Origin: an uncultured Kiloniellaceae bacterium
GTDB lineage: Bacteria; Actinomycetota; Acidimicrobiia; Spongiisociales; UBA11373
Assembly (NCBI GenBank): GCA_964194935.1
Contig: CAXMOL010000148.1
Span: 1-53,281 of the forward strand
Reading direction: 5' to 3'
Length of the DNA: 53,281 nt
Shown: positions 20,049 to 30,148 of the stretch, one piece after another
Layout of the letters: the number at the start of each line of letters is the position of its first letter
Position numbering within the stretch: the stretch's first letter is position 1
Made by a program: the position numbers and the translations under genes
The notes under the pieces: model-generated
What the model was told of the DNA's origin: nothing
The model's database searches: none
What the model saw: only the letters and a program-made list of their open reading frames with translations

Positions 20049-23000
20049 GTGCATCTGAAGACACTCTCACTCGCCGGCTTCAAGTCGTTTGCCGATCGCA
20101 CCAGGATCGAGTGCGAACCAGGCGTGACCGTCGTCGTCGGCCCCAATGGCTCAGGAAAATCCAACATTGTCGATGCGATTGCTTGGGTGATGGGGACTCA
20201 GGCAACAAGTGCCCTGCGGACCGAAAAGATGGACGATGTGATCTTCGCCGGAACCGCCGTCCGGCCAGCGCTCGGCAGGGCGGAGGTATCCCTGACGCTC
20301 GACAATGGTTCGGGCCGACTGGCGCTCGATCTGGCTGAAGTGACGGTGACTCGTCGCCTTTTCCGGGACGGGACCAGCGACTACGAGATCAACGGCACCC
20401 CGTGTCGCCTGCTCGATATCCAAGAACTCCTCGGCGACAGCGGGGTGGGCCGACATCAGCATGTGTTGGTCGGGCAGGGTCGGGTCGACAGCGTCCTCAA
20501 CGCAGGGCCGGAGGAACATCGGGCAATCATCGAAGAAGCGGCAGGTGTGATCAAGCACCGCCACCGCAGGGACCGATCGATTCGACGACTTGAAGCAACT
20601 GATATCGACTTAGCGCGTCTCCAGGATCTCTTGTCTGAGCAGCAACGCCTCATGAGACCTCTCAAGCGTCAGGCCAAAGCGGCAGAAAAGCATGAGTCGG
20701 TCACCGCAGAGTGGCTTGCGCTTCGGTTGTGGCTGGGCGGCGAGCGCCTGCGCGCGGTACGTGACCGCCTTGCGGAGATCAAGGTGGCCTCGAGGGCAGT
20801 TGCCGAGGAACTTGATGCGGCCGTTTCGGAACGTGAGCAAATCACCGCATCGTTGGGAGGTCTCCAGGCTGCTGCCGGTGACACGGGAGAGGCGCTCGAG
20901 CGCGATGCCGCAGCCGTCGGGCGACTCGAGACATCCAACGAGCGATTGCAGCGGATCGCCTTGGTGGCTCGAGAACGCCGGTTGGGCCTTGAGCACAGAT
21001 TGGTCGGTGCCTCGGAGCGTCGCAGCGATCTCGAAGCCGAGAGAGAGCAGTTGGTCGAATCGATCGCGGCCGTTCGGGTCGAGGAAGCCGCTGCCGGCGA
21101 AACCGCAGAACGGTTGGCGATCACGTTGCGGGCGCTCGAAGACGAAGAGCGGTCTCTGGCCGATGCCGACCGTCTTCCGGCTGACGGCCTCGCCGCATCT
21201 CTTCAGGGCGATCTCGCATCCTTGGACGCTGCCTCCGTCCGCGACGAGAGGGAATCCGCCGACCTCTCGCGGCGCCGTGGCGCCGTGGCGGCGATCATCG
21301 ACGAGGAAGTCGCCGAGACCACTCGCCTCCGTTCCCAGAGCGACGAAGCCGCTGCCGCTCTCGAGTCTGCCGAAACGGACTTTGAGCGCGTCAAAGATGC
21401 ACTGGCAGTCGACGAGGCCGCTGCCGCGCAGACCGACGAGACACTCCGCACCGCCGAGCGCGGTGTGGCCGCGGCCATCGCACGGGTCGAGGCTCTCGAG
21501 GCTGCCCGCGCCGGTCTCGCCGATCCGGAGACGAGAACGGCTGCGTCGAAGCTGGGCCCTGTTGTTGGAACAATCGCGGCTCGGCTCGACGTGCCGCCCG
21601 ATCTGGTGGCCGCGGTCGATGCAGCCCTGGGTTCCTGGGCCGACTCTTACGTTGCCGGCGATGCCGCTGGCGTCGTGGCCGCTGCCGGGGTCTTCAAGGA
21701 GTCCGGTCGCGGCGGCGTTGCGTTCGTCGCTGCGCTCGGTGGGCAGAGCGTCCCGGCGCGGGCGGCTGCGGCTGATGAGGGCGGCTCTGCGCTTGTCGAT
21801 CGTCTCGGTTCTGCCGCAGATGTGGCGTTGGCGGCGACGCTCCTCGGCGACGTCGCACTCGTCGGGTCGTGGACGGCTGCCACCGAGTTGGTGGCAGCCC
21901 ATCCCGAGATCCGGGCCGTAACTCCGGACGGTGACCTGGTGACCGCCGCCGGCATCGTCGCGGCTCACCCGGAGGGCGCCGGACCTGCCGTTATCGAAGC
22001 TTCCCGTGCGGCCGCCGAGGCTGCCGAGACGGCGAGGGCGCGTGCCGCCAGCCTCGCGTCGACTGCGGTCAGGGGCCGGGATGCGTCGCACGTCGCTTCA
22101 GAAGAGGCACGTTCTGGATATGAGCACATCAGGCGGAAGATGGCGGGAATCGAGGAGACCCTGGCACTCTTTGACCGATCACGCGATGAACACCAGTCCG
22201 AACTCGATCGCCTCGATGCCAGAGCGCGTGCTCTTGCCGAGGCGGCGGCAACGCGAACCGAACGGTTAGCGGGACTGAGGAGTCGATTGGCGAGGATCGA
22301 CGGCTCGGTCGACACCAATGTGCTTGTAGACCTGTCGGTGCGGCGCGAAGAGGTGGCCAGACGCAGAGACGAAGCGCAGCATCGCCGTCAGGAAGCTGCC
22401 TCAGCGGCGGCCGCGGCGACGGAGCGTCGCACGCTCATGGGAGCGAGGGTGGCTGAACTTGCGACATTATTCGACGCCGATGATGAACCACTCGACCCCG
22501 AAGGCTTGCAGCGGTTGACCCGGATCGAAGAGCAGGCGGTGCGGGCCCGTGTGCTCGTCGGGGTGCACATCGAAACTCTGAGAGAGAGGCTTCGCGACCT
22601 CCGTGAAGCTGTAGGTGATGCTGGTTCGAAGCTGGAGAGAGCTCGCGCCCGGCGCGATCTGCTTGGCGATCTGACGGCAGAGATGAGGGAGCGGGCGTCG
22701 TCCATGGCGGTCGAAGAAGCCGAGTTGAGGGTCCGTGAAGAGGCTGTAGCCGAAGGACTGCGACGTGACGCCGATGCCGAAGAAGACGACGCTCTGGTAG
22801 CGCCACGTCCCGACATCGATGAGTCTGATCTCGATGCTCAGCTCGATTCGCTAGCGGCGAAGCTCAAGAGGTTGGGCCCAATAAACCCGCTCGCTGCGGC
22901 CGAGTACAAAGAACTGAACGAGCGCGCCGGCTTCCTCGAGACTCAGTTGTTGGATCTGGAGGAGTCCAAGACGGAACTGCGCAAGGTTGTTTCGGCACTG

Positions 23001-23483
23001 GACGACGAGATCGGACGATTGTTCAGAGAGGCGTTCGATGAGATCGCATCCCATTTTGCTGAGAACTTCTCGGTGTTGTTCCCCGGTGGAACCGGCAAGA
23101 TCACGCTGTCGACTCCCGATGAGCCGCTGAGCACCGGAGTCGACATCTTTGCGCAGCCGATGGGCAAGAAGGTCGACCGACTCCAGTTGCTTTCCGGTGG
23201 CGAGCGTTCGCTTGCGGCGCTGGCGTTTCTCTTTGCTGTATTCCGTTCGCGACCCAGCCCTTTTTATGTATTGGACGAGGTCGAAGCCGCCCTCGACGAT
23301 GCCAACTTGAGTCGGTTCCTGCGGTTGGTGGAGACGTTCCGAGGTACATCGCAACTCGTGATCGTGACTCACCAGCAACAGACGATGGAGGCGGCCGATG
23401 TGCTCTACGGTGTCACCATGGAACCTGGCGAGAGCAGCCGCGTCCTTGCCAAGCGGATGGCTGATCTCGTTTCAGAGGCGTGA
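20049..23483 (+). CDS. smc: Chromosome segregation protein SMC
   Basis: GFKSFAD, Walker A GPNGSGKSN, long coiled coils with a hinge, LSGGERSL and LDEVEAALD. Start moved to GTG 20049. Confidence 0.96.
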   Translation: MHLKTLSLAGFKSFADRTRIECEPGVTVVVGPNGSGKSNIVDAIAWVMGTQATSALRTEKMDDVIFAGTAVRPALGRAEVSLTLDNGSGRLALDLAEVTVTRRLFRDGTSDYEINGTPCRLLDIQELLGDSGVGRHQHVLVGQGRVDSVLNAGPEEHRAIIEEAAGVIKHRHRRDRSIRRLEATDIDLARLQDLLSEQQRLMRPLKRQAKAAEKHESVTAEWLALRLWLGGERLRAVRDRLAEIKVASRAVAEELDAAVSEREQITASLGGLQAAAGDTGEALERDAAAVGRLETSNERLQRIALVARERRLGLEHRLVGASERRSDLEAEREQLVESIAAVRVEEAAAGETAERLAITLRALEDEERSLADADRLPADGLAASLQGDLASLDAASVRDERESADLSRRRGAVAAIIDEEVAETTRLRSQSDEAAAALESAETDFERVKDALAVDEAAAAQTDETLRTAERGVAAAIARVEALEAARAGLADPETRTAASKLGPVVGTIAARLDVPPDLVAAVDAALGSWADSYVAGDAAGVVAAAGVFKESGRGGVAFVAALGGQSVPARAAAADEGGSALVDRLGSAADVALAATLLGDVALVGSWTAATELVAAHPEIRAVTPDGDLVTAAGIVAAHPEGAGPAVIEASRAAAEAAETARARAASLASTAVRGRDASHVASEEARSGYEHIRRKMAGIEETLALFDRSRDEHQSELDRLDARARALAEAAATRTERLAGLRSRLARIDGSVDTNVLVDLSVRREEVARRRDEAQHRRQEAASAAAAATERRTLMGARVAELATLFDADDEPLDPEGLQRLTRIEEQAVRARVLVGVHIETLRERLRDLREAVGDAGSKLERARARRDLLGDLTAEMRERASSMAVEEAELRVREEAVAEGLRRDADAEEDDALVAPRPDIDESDLDAQLDSLAAKLKRLGPINPLAAAEYKELNERAGFLETQLLDLEESKTELRKVVSALDDEIGRLFREAFDEIASHFAENFSVLFPGGTGKITLSTPDEPLSTGVDIFAQPMGKKVDRLQLLSGGERSLAALAFLFAVFRSRPSPFYVLDEVEAALDDANLSRFLRLVETFRGTSQLVIVTHQQQTMEAADVLYGVTMEPGESSRVLAKRMADLVSEA

Positions 23484-24463
23484 CCGTCTACCTCCTGGTG
23501 GGGGCCCTTGTCGGAGTTGCGGTGATCGGCTGGTTCTTGCTCCGCAGGCGTCCTCGTCTCCAAGTTCCGCTCCGCCGCGATGCCCCCACCTTTGAGGCGG
23601 CTACATCGCCCCGGCAGCGCCTTGGGACCCGACTGGGGGAGATCTTCAACCGCCAGATCGATTCTTCGTTCTGGGGTTCGCTCGAAGAAGCGCTGATAGA
23701 GGCTGATGTCGGTGTGGCGTTGACCACGTCGATTGTCGAGCGAGTGAGGTCTGCGGATCCGTCTGATACTCGAGAGGCTCGGTCCATCCTCAGAGAGATG
23801 CTGGTAGCAGGGTTCGAGGTCAGGGACCGGTCGATCGCGACGGTGGGGAGCCCGACGGTGATCGTGGTGGTCGGCGTAAACGGATCCGGCAAGACCACGA
23901 CGATCGCCAAGATGGCAGCGAGTCATATCGGCGCCGGGCGATCGGTGCTTGTCGCCGCCGCCGACACATTTCGAGCTGCGGCGGCGGAGCAGATGGTTTC
24001 GTGGGCAGACCGGATCGGCTTCGACATCGTCCGGGGTTCTGACGGAGCGGACCCGGCGGCGGTGGCCTTTGATGCTCTCTCGGCTGCTGAAGCTCGTGGA
24101 GTGGACGTGCTCATCGTGGACACTGCCGGTCGGTTGCACTCCAAGCAGAATCTCATGGACGAGCTGGCAAAGATTGTGAGAGTCCTGGCCCGCGACTCGG
24201 GATCGGTTGACGAGGTCCTGCTCGTACTCGACGGTTCCACGGGTCAGAACGGGATAGCTCAGGCGAAGGCGTTTACGGCAGCTGTTGGGGTGACTGGCAT
24301 CGTTGTGACCAAGCTCGATGGGAGTGCCAAGGGCGGATCAGCGCTCGTTGTCGAACATGACCTTGGTCTTCCGCTGAAGCTCATTGGTGTCGGTGAAGGC
24401 TCGGAAGACCTGCTTCACTTCGACCCGGGCGCATTCGTTGACGAGTTGCTGGGAGACGCATGA
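23480..24463 (+). CDS. ftsY: SRP receptor FtsY with N-terminal TM anchor
   Basis: GVNGSGKTTT, DTFRAAA, DTAGRL and TKLDGSAKGG. Confidence 0.95.
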   Translation: MTVYLLVGALVGVAVIGWFLLRRRPRLQVPLRRDAPTFEAATSPRQRLGTRLGEIFNRQIDSSFWGSLEEALIEADVGVALTTSIVERVRSADPSDTREARSILREMLVAGFEVRDRSIATVGSPTVIVVVGVNGSGKTTTIAKMAASHIGAGRSVLVAAADTFRAAAAEQMVSWADRIGFDIVRGSDGADPAAVAFDALSAAEARGVDVLIVDTAGRLHSKQNLMDELAKIVRVLARDSGSVDEVLLVLDGSTGQNGIAQAKAFTAAVGVTGIVVTKLDGSAKGGSALVVEHDLGLPLKLIGVGEGSEDLLHFDPGAFVDELLGDA

Positions 24464-24834
24464 CGGAAGAACTCATGGCGCGGGCACGATCCCGAGCCGA
24501 ACACGCTTACGCCCCGTTTTCGAACTTTCGAGTCGGGGTGGTGGTTGTCGCAGCCGACGGGACGACTTACGAAGGTGCCAACGTCGAAAACAGTGCATAC
24601 GGCTCGAGCATGTGCGCCGAAGCCACTGCTATCGGCAACGCCGTGAGCGACGGCGTGCGCAAGATCGACACGGTCGTCGTGTCGTGCATTGACGCCAACG
24701 AGCCTGGTTATCCATGCGGCAACTGCCGCCAGTTGATGGTGGAATTCGGCGTGGAACGGATTCTGGTCGACGGACCCGACGGGATTGCCGAGCACACTCT
24801 CGACGAGATTCTCCCCAACGGATTCAAACTTTAG
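24460..24834 (+). CDS. cdd: Cytidine deaminase (tetrameric type)
   Basis: AYAPFSNF.VG, GANVEN, CAE and PCGNCRQ Zn ligands. Confidence 0.93.
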   Translation: MTEELMARARSRAEHAYAPFSNFRVGVVVVAADGTTYEGANVENSAYGSSMCAEATAIGNAVSDGVRKIDTVVVSCIDANEPGYPCGNCRQLMVEFGVERILVDGPDGIAEHTLDEILPNGFKL

Positions 24835-24941
24835 AAGAACGTCTTCGAAGAACGTCTTCGGTCTTCTGTCCTCAGTCGCAAATCGGAAGCGGAATCGGCA
24901 GCGGGGGTGAACTGAGGACTGATGACTGTCGACTGATGACT
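24834..24941. repeat. Intergenic repeat element: 13-bp tandem repeat plus inverted arrays of GACTGA(A/T/G)-like heptamers
   Basis: GAAGAACGTCTTC x2 (24834-24859). Arms 24854-24876 and 24911-24933 are reverse-complementary at 18/23 positions. Confidence 0.7.
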
Positions 24942-24944
24942 CTT

Positions 24945-24971
24945 CAAGGTTTTTCGCGATCGCTCCGATAT
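24945..24971 (+). promoter_or_regulatory. Putative sigma28/WhiG-type promoter CAAGGTTT-N11-TCCGATAT
   Basis: Fits the TAAAGTTT-N11-GCCGATAA geometry. ATG 24979 follows 7 nt after the -10. Confidence 0.5.
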
Positions 24972-24978
24972 CGATCTC

Positions 24979-25227
24979 ATGACTACACAGGTGCAACGTG
25001 ATTGGAAGGTGACGGTGAGCTACCGGAACCTGGTACGGATTGGTTGGGCGATTATCTTCGTGGCGATCTATTTCGCAGCTGCCGCGGCAGTGCTCGATTC
25101 GATGAGTGTGTGGTGGATCGTTGTCGGACTCGCCGTAGCGGTCCTGCTGCTCGTGTCGGTGCTTCCTGAGCCGCTTCCAATTGATTTCATCACCGGGAGC
25201 TCGGCGAAGCCGTTGCTGCACCGGTGA
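24979..25227 (+). CDS. Small two-TM membrane protein, unknown function
   Basis: 82 aa with two clear hydrophobic helices. Occupies an otherwise empty gap. Confidence 0.65.
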   Translation: MTTQVQRDWKVTVSYRNLVRIGWAIIFVAIYFAAAAAVLDSMSVWWIVVGLAVAVLLLVSVLPEPLPIDFITGSSAKPLLHR

Positions 25228-25270
25228 TCTAGAACGACTCGTCGGCGGTGTCTCACGCCGTAGCCAAGGT

Positions 25271-26224
25271 TTATCGGGTCTTCAAAGCCTCGATCAGCTT
25301 GGGCAGGACCTTGTGAACGTCGCCGATGATGCCGAGGTCGGCTACTCCAAAGATCGGCGCCTCCTCGTCCTTGTTGACCGCGATGATCGTTCCGCTGTCC
25401 TTCATTCCGACCAGGTGCTGCATTGCTCCGGAGATTCCCAACGCGATGTAGACGTTTGGCTTTACCGTCTTGCCCGTCTGGCCTACCTGTAGCGAGTAGG
25501 GGACCCAGCCCGAGTCGACAACCGCACGGCTGGCTCCAACAGCCGCCGATAGCAGCCCGGCCAGTTCCTCTACTCCGGCGAATTGCTCTTGGCTGCCCAT
25601 GCCGCGGCCGCCGGCGACGATGATCTCGGCATCCTCGAGTCTGGGGCCCGTGGATACCTCGGCGTGTCGCTCCACGACCATCGCGCTCCCCGAGTGACCG
25701 GTCTCGGGCACGGTTGCCGTGATCACGTTTGGATCGCCACCGGCACCGGGCTCGGCTGCAAACGACTTTGGCCGGACGACTACGAGGTGCGGCCCAGAGC
25801 CGACGAAGGTCGTCTCTATGAGAGTCGCACCTCCCAAGATCTCGTTGATGATCAATATCGAATCAGCTGTCATCACGATGTCGATAGCGTTCGACAACAC
25901 CGGGATCCCCATGCGTCCGGCCAGACGACCGGCGACGTCGCGGTCGGTCGGCTGCAAGCCGAACATGACTAGATCGGGGTTCTCATTGTCCGCTAGTTCT
26001 GCCAGTGCAGCGGCTGCCCCCGCCGATGGCAGCGCGTCTCCCGGATCGAGGTGGTAGACGGTGGTCGCTCCATAGGCACCGAGTGTTCCGAGCGTCTCGG
26101 CTGATCCGGCTCCGACCAGGAAGGCTGCAATGTCATCGCCGAGCGATCGAGCTTTGGTCAACATCTCCAGGGCCAGCGATGTCGGTGCACCGTCGATTTC
26201 TTCTGCAAATACCCAGATGCGCAT
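25271..26224 (-). CDS. etfA: Electron transfer flavoprotein alpha subunit
   Basis: [14 protein letters not shown] and [25 protein letters not shown]. Confidence 0.95.
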   Translation of the reverse strand: MRIWVFAEEIDGAPTSLALEMLTKARSLGDDIAAFLVGAGSAETLGTLGAYGATTVYHLDPGDALPSAGAAAALAELADNENPDLVMFGLQPTDRDVAGRLAGRMGIPVLSNAIDIVMTADSILIINEILGGATLIETTFVGSGPHLVVVRPKSFAAEPGAGGDPNVITATVPETGHSGSAMVVERHAEVSTGPRLEDAEIIVAGGRGMGSQEQFAGVEELAGLLSAAVGASRAVVDSGWVPYSLQVGQTGKTVKPNVYIALGISGAMQHLVGMKDSGTIIAVNKDEEAPIFGVADLGIIGDVHKVLPKLIEALKTR

Positions 26225-26225
26225 C

Positions 26226-26996
26226 TCAGATCGCTTTCGCTTGGTCGAGCAGCTTGATGATTTCTAGATGGGCCTCGCCCTCGTCCTGAACCTTTGCTCC
26301 GGCGGCGCGTTCTGGCGCCGGTCGAACGGAGGCGATCGTCTGCCCTGAACCAGCCGCTCCGATTCCCTCCACACCAAGGTCTGCGCAGCTCGGCTGATCG
26401 ACGGGTTTCTGCTTTGCCGCCATGATTCCCTTGAAGGTCGGATAGCGGGGCTCGACGGCTCCAGAAGTGACTGTGACCAACGCCGGGAGCGTTGCTTCGA
26501 CCACGTCGTAGCCGGTGCTCGTCTGACGTTCGATCCGGATCGTTCCGTCGTCGTGTTCCACGCGGCGGGCGAAGGTGAGAGCCGGCATCCCGAGGAGTTC
26601 CGACATCATTTGGGGCACGACGCCGGCGTATCCGTCGGTGGATTCGGTTCCTGCGATGACCAGGTCGACGCCCTCGCGTTCGATCGCCGCCGCCAAGACC
26701 CGGGCGGTTACCAGAGCACCCGAGCCACGCAATGCCTCATCGCTTATGACTACAGCCTTGTCGGCTCCCATGGCGAGAGCCTGGCGGATTCCTTGAAGGC
26801 TTCCGGCAGGACCCATTGAGACCAGGACAACCTCGCCCTCGGTGGCTTCGGCCAGTTGCAGGCCCATTTCGACGCCGTATCGATCGGTGTCGTCGAGGAC
26901 TTGGTCTTCTGGGCGCACCACAAAATGACTCTCGGGGTCGAGTTCGTACGGTGTGGCTGGGTCCGGAATCTGCTTTACGCAGACCGCGATCTTCAT
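26226..26996 (-). CDS. etfB: Electron transfer flavoprotein beta subunit
   Basis: [17 protein letters not shown] and [17 protein letters not shown]. Confidence 0.95.
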   Translation of the reverse strand: MKIAVCVKQIPDPATPYELDPESHFVVRPEDQVLDDTDRYGVEMGLQLAEATEGEVVLVSMGPAGSLQGIRQALAMGADKAVVISDEALRGSGALVTARVLAAAIEREGVDLVIAGTESTDGYAGVVPQMMSELLGMPALTFARRVEHDDGTIRIERQTSTGYDVVEATLPALVTVTSGAVEPRYPTFKGIMAAKQKPVDQPSCADLGVEGIGAAGSGQTIASVRPAPERAAGAKVQDEGEAHLEIIKLLDQAKAI

Positions 26997-27054
26997 CTTG
27001 CTCCTTGGTGACGGCCGGAGTCGATGTTAGAGCGCCTACGTGGCCTCACAGCCG

Positions 27055-27882
27055 TCAGCGGGAGGCGAGTTGGGGAAGGAGCGCGTCAATCAGACGGGTA
27101 AATCGCCCGCGCGCCTCATCGGCGGCCGCGGTCACTTCTTCATGGCTGAGCGGTGTCGGTGAGATGCCTGCTGCGAGGTTGGTAACGAGAGACATTCCCA
27201 TGACCTCGGCGCCCATGTGGCGGGCTGCGATCGCCTCGGGCACGGTTGACATGCCGACCATATCGGCACCCATCCTCTTGGCCATCTGCACCTCAGCCGG
27301 CGATTCGTACGACGGACCGAGGAACCACGCGTACACGCCTTCATCCAGAGGTACGCCCATCTCGTCTCCAACAGTGCGCGTCAGTTCGCGTAGGTCCTTG
27401 CTGTAGACGTCGCTCATGTCGGGGAACCGAGGCCCGAGCCGGTCGTCGTTCGGACCCATGAGCGGGTTACGGCCCGTGAGGTTCAGGTGATCGCTGATGA
27501 GTACGAGATCACCCGAGGCCATGCCGTCGCCGAGGCCGCCGGCGGCATTGGTAAGGGCGATAGTTGAGCATCCTGAGGCTATTGCGGTCCGGACGGCAAA
27601 TACAACGTCGGTGAGATCCCAGCCTTCGTACGTGTGGACTCGCCCTGCCAGCACTAATACCGGCTTATTGCCGAACTCTGTCGAGAACAGCGACCCGGAG
27701 TGTCCCTCGACCTGAGGCACCGGAAAGTTGGGGATATCGCGGTACGGGATCTCGATCGCCCCGGGCAGCGAAGCCGCGTAGCTGCTGAGGCCCGACCCGA
27801 GCACGATCGCCGCGTGGTGCTTCGGGCGGTCGGTCGCCGCGGCGATGGCGGTTCTTGCCTCCTGGATAGCCTCGTAGTTCAT
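27055..27882 (-). CDS. punA: Purine-nucleoside phosphorylase (trimeric PunA type)
   Basis: VLGSGL, GRVHTYEG, TNAAGG, GPSYESPAE and VGMSTVPE. Confidence 0.93.
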   Translation of the reverse strand: MNYEAIQEARTAIAAATDRPKHHAAIVLGSGLSSYAASLPGAIEIPYRDIPNFPVPQVEGHSGSLFSTEFGNKPVLVLAGRVHTYEGWDLTDVVFAVRTAIASGCSTIALTNAAGGLGDGMASGDLVLISDHLNLTGRNPLMGPNDDRLGPRFPDMSDVYSKDLRELTRTVGDEMGVPLDEGVYAWFLGPSYESPAEVQMAKRMGADMVGMSTVPEAIAARHMGAEVMGMSLVTNLAAGISPTPLSHEEVTAAADEARGRFTRLIDALLPQLASR

Positions 27883-29183
27883 CGAACTTCAGCGTGGACC
27901 AGCGGCGCCATCTCGGCGGGCCCATCACCGATTACGAATGCGGCCTCGGTTAGTTCGATGGCGTTGGCGAGGTTGGCGTCGTTGTTGTATCGAAGCGTGG
28001 CGAGGACGGCCCCGGCTTCTATCTCGTCACCGATTCGTGCCGCGACCGTTGTTCCGACTCCCGGGTCGATCACGTCTTCCTTGGTCTCCCGCCCTGCTCC
28101 AAGCCGCGCTGCGCCGACACCGATGTCGAGAGCGTCGGCCTTGATGACGATGCCGGAACGGTCGGCAATGATGGCGTGGCTGTTTTGGGCTGTCGGGAGC
28201 AGTCCCGGATCGTCCAGCACCGATGTGTCACCGCCCTGGGCCGCGACGACTTGCTGGAACTTCTCGAACGCTGCTCCTGATGCAACTACTGCCTCCATTT
28301 GGGCAAGTCCGGCAGAGAGATCGTGAGCAACACCGCCGAGTACCAGCATCTCAGATCCAAGGCGCAAGGTGAGTTCGACCAGATCGGATGGGCCTCCGCC
28401 GCGCAACACCTCGATCGACTCGCGCATCTCATTGGCATTGCCCACCTCTTTGCCGAGTGGTTGCGACATGTCTGTGATCAACGCCGTAACCGTGGTTCCG
28501 TGAGAGCGACCGATCCCCACCATGGTCGACGCCAATTCGTGGGCCTGATCCAGACCCTTCATAAACGCACCGCTGCCGACCTTTACGTCGAGGACCAGAC
28601 CGTCGAGCCCTTCGGCCAGCTTCTTCGACATGATCGACGACGAGATGAGTGGGATCGAGGGGACCGTGCCGCTTACGTCTCGAAGGGCGTAGATGCGACG
28701 GTCTGCCGGAACCAATGTCTCGGATTGGCCGGCCATGACCATCCCGTGCTGTTCCAGTATTCGAGAGAATTCGGGTGGATCGAGTGCGGTTCGGAACCCG
28801 GGGATCGTCTCCAGCTTGTCAAGTGTGCCGCCTGTGTGACCGAGGCCGCGGCCGCTGATCATGGGCACGGCGATGCCACACGCAGCCACGATCGGAACCA
28901 GTGGGATGCTGACCTTGTCGCCGACGCCTCCGGTCGAGTGCTTGTCGATCTTGGGTGCGGAGACGTGGGAGAAGTCGAGTGTGTCGCCGGAGTGGAGCAT
29001 GGCATCGGTCCATGCAGCCAACTCGTCGGAATCGAGTCCTTCTTTGAATACCGCCATGAGCATCGACGACATCTGATAGTCCGGGATTCGGTCGGCAGAG
29101 AATTCGGTGATCAGCCAGTGGATCTGTTCATCGGAGAGGCGACCGCCGTCCCGTTTGATCTGAATCAGGGAAATAAAGTTCAT
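27879..29183 (-). CDS. deoA: Thymidine/pyrimidine-nucleoside phosphorylase
   Basis: DKHSTGGVGDK, SGRGLGHTGGTLDKLE, SIMSKK and DVKVGSGAFMK. Start moved to ATG 29183. Confidence 0.95.
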   Translation of the reverse strand: MNFISLIQIKRDGGRLSDEQIHWLITEFSADRIPDYQMSSMLMAVFKEGLDSDELAAWTDAMLHSGDTLDFSHVSAPKIDKHSTGGVGDKVSIPLVPIVAACGIAVPMISGRGLGHTGGTLDKLETIPGFRTALDPPEFSRILEQHGMVMAGQSETLVPADRRIYALRDVSGTVPSIPLISSSIMSKKLAEGLDGLVLDVKVGSGAFMKGLDQAHELASTMVGIGRSHGTTVTALITDMSQPLGKEVGNANEMRESIEVLRGGGPSDLVELTLRLGSEMLVLGGVAHDLSAGLAQMEAVVASGAAFEKFQQVVAAQGGDTSVLDDPGLLPTAQNSHAIIADRSGIVIKADALDIGVGAARLGAGRETKEDVIDPGVGTTVAARIGDEIEAGAVLATLRYNNDANLANAIELTEAAFVIGDGPAEMAPLVHAEVR

Positions 29184-29461
29184 CGCTGACTCATTCTGGC
29201 CACCCTGCCGCCTTCGACCAGCACACCTTCGGCCAGAAGAAGCTTTTTCTGCTCGGCTTCGGCACCCGGCACCAATCGTCCGGCGGCGTTTACGATCCGC
29301 CACCATGGGTACTGGCCGTGCGATTCGGCGAGAATCCGTCCAACGGCTCGGGCCGCCCTGGGCCGGCCTGCTTCGGCCGCCACCTCGCCGTAAGTGGTGA
29401 CGTCTCCCGGTTCGAGACGCGCCAACACTTCGGATACGCGGTCGACGAAATCTTCGCTCAT
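29180..29461 (-). CDS. Alkyltransferase-like (ATL, MGMT-family) DNA-binding protein
   Basis: 'PGDVTTYGEVA..AG.PRAARAVG..PWWRIV'. PWWR replaces the catalytic PCHR. Confidence 0.88.
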   Translation of the reverse strand: MSEDFVDRVSEVLARLEPGDVTTYGEVAAEAGRPRAARAVGRILAESHGQYPWWRIVNAAGRLVPGAEAEQKKLLLAEGVLVEGGRVARMSQR

Positions 29462-30075
29462 GTGGTTCCGAACAGGCGGTCCCCCATATCGCCCAGGCCC
29501 GGTTGGATATAGAAGTTGTCGCTGAGATCTCGGTCGAGAGATGCCACGAAAATGTCGACATCGGGATGTTCTTGTCCAACTCGCTCGACGCCTTCGGGTG
29601 CGGCCACAACGCATAGGCAGATCACCCGCTTGGCCCCTGAGTCCTTGGCCTTTCCGATGGCCCAGGAGAGGGAACCGCCGGTGGCGAGCATCGGCTCCAG
29701 GATGAGGACCGTCGCTTCGGCGAGATCAGGAGGTTTGAAGTAGTACTCCATCGGCTGGGCCGTTTCCTCGTTGCGCTGCACCCCGGCAAACCCGACCTTT
29801 ACGTGGGGGATGAGATCGATCACCGCATCGAGGAGACCGAGTCCGGCGCGCAGCACGGCGATGGCGACGACCTTGGAGGAGCGGAACCCGGTGGTTTCTT
29901 CGAGCGGAGTGCGGATGGTGAACTCCTCGATGGGGAGATCCCGGGTCGCCTCCATCACGAGTGAGTAGCAAAGCCTCCGGGCGGCATTGCGGAATTCTTC
30001 TGGTTCCGTGTCTCGGTCGCGCAGCACAGTGAGGTAGTGCTTGGCGAGCGGATGGTCCAGCGTTGTCAGTTTCAT
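29458..30075 (-). CDS. upp: Uracil phosphoribosyltransferase
   Basis: HPL...LTVLRD, VLRAGLG, PMLATGGS and PGLGDMGDRLFGT. Confidence 0.96.
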   Translation of the reverse strand: MKLTTLDHPLAKHYLTVLRDRDTEPEEFRNAARRLCYSLVMEATRDLPIEEFTIRTPLEETTGFRSSKVVAIAVLRAGLGLLDAVIDLIPHVKVGFAGVQRNEETAQPMEYYFKPPDLAEATVLILEPMLATGGSLSWAIGKAKDSGAKRVICLCVVAAPEGVERVGQEHPDVDIFVASLDRDLSDNFYIQPGLGDMGDRLFGTT

Positions 30076-30148
30076 CTGGCCTCCCCGGATACGACCCCCC
30101 GGATCGTAGTTGGGGATTCGATCGGGATCGTCGGCAGCGATGCAGCGA

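Noticed and set aside
20610-22091. Long antisense/alternate-frame ORFs (e.g. 20610-22091, 20692-21921, 34082-35530, 39668-40690, 52093-53145)
   Set aside because: Shadow ORFs expected in GC-rich coding DNA. They have no recognisable motifs and largely or entirely overlap well-supported genes.
27879-29609. N-terminally extended ORF-track starts (deoA, fabI, mutM, smc, DAK2, crotonase, gap, ltrA and others)
   Set aside because: The extensions overlap neighbouring genes. Family N-termini, RBS or -10 positions indicate the shorter starts used here.
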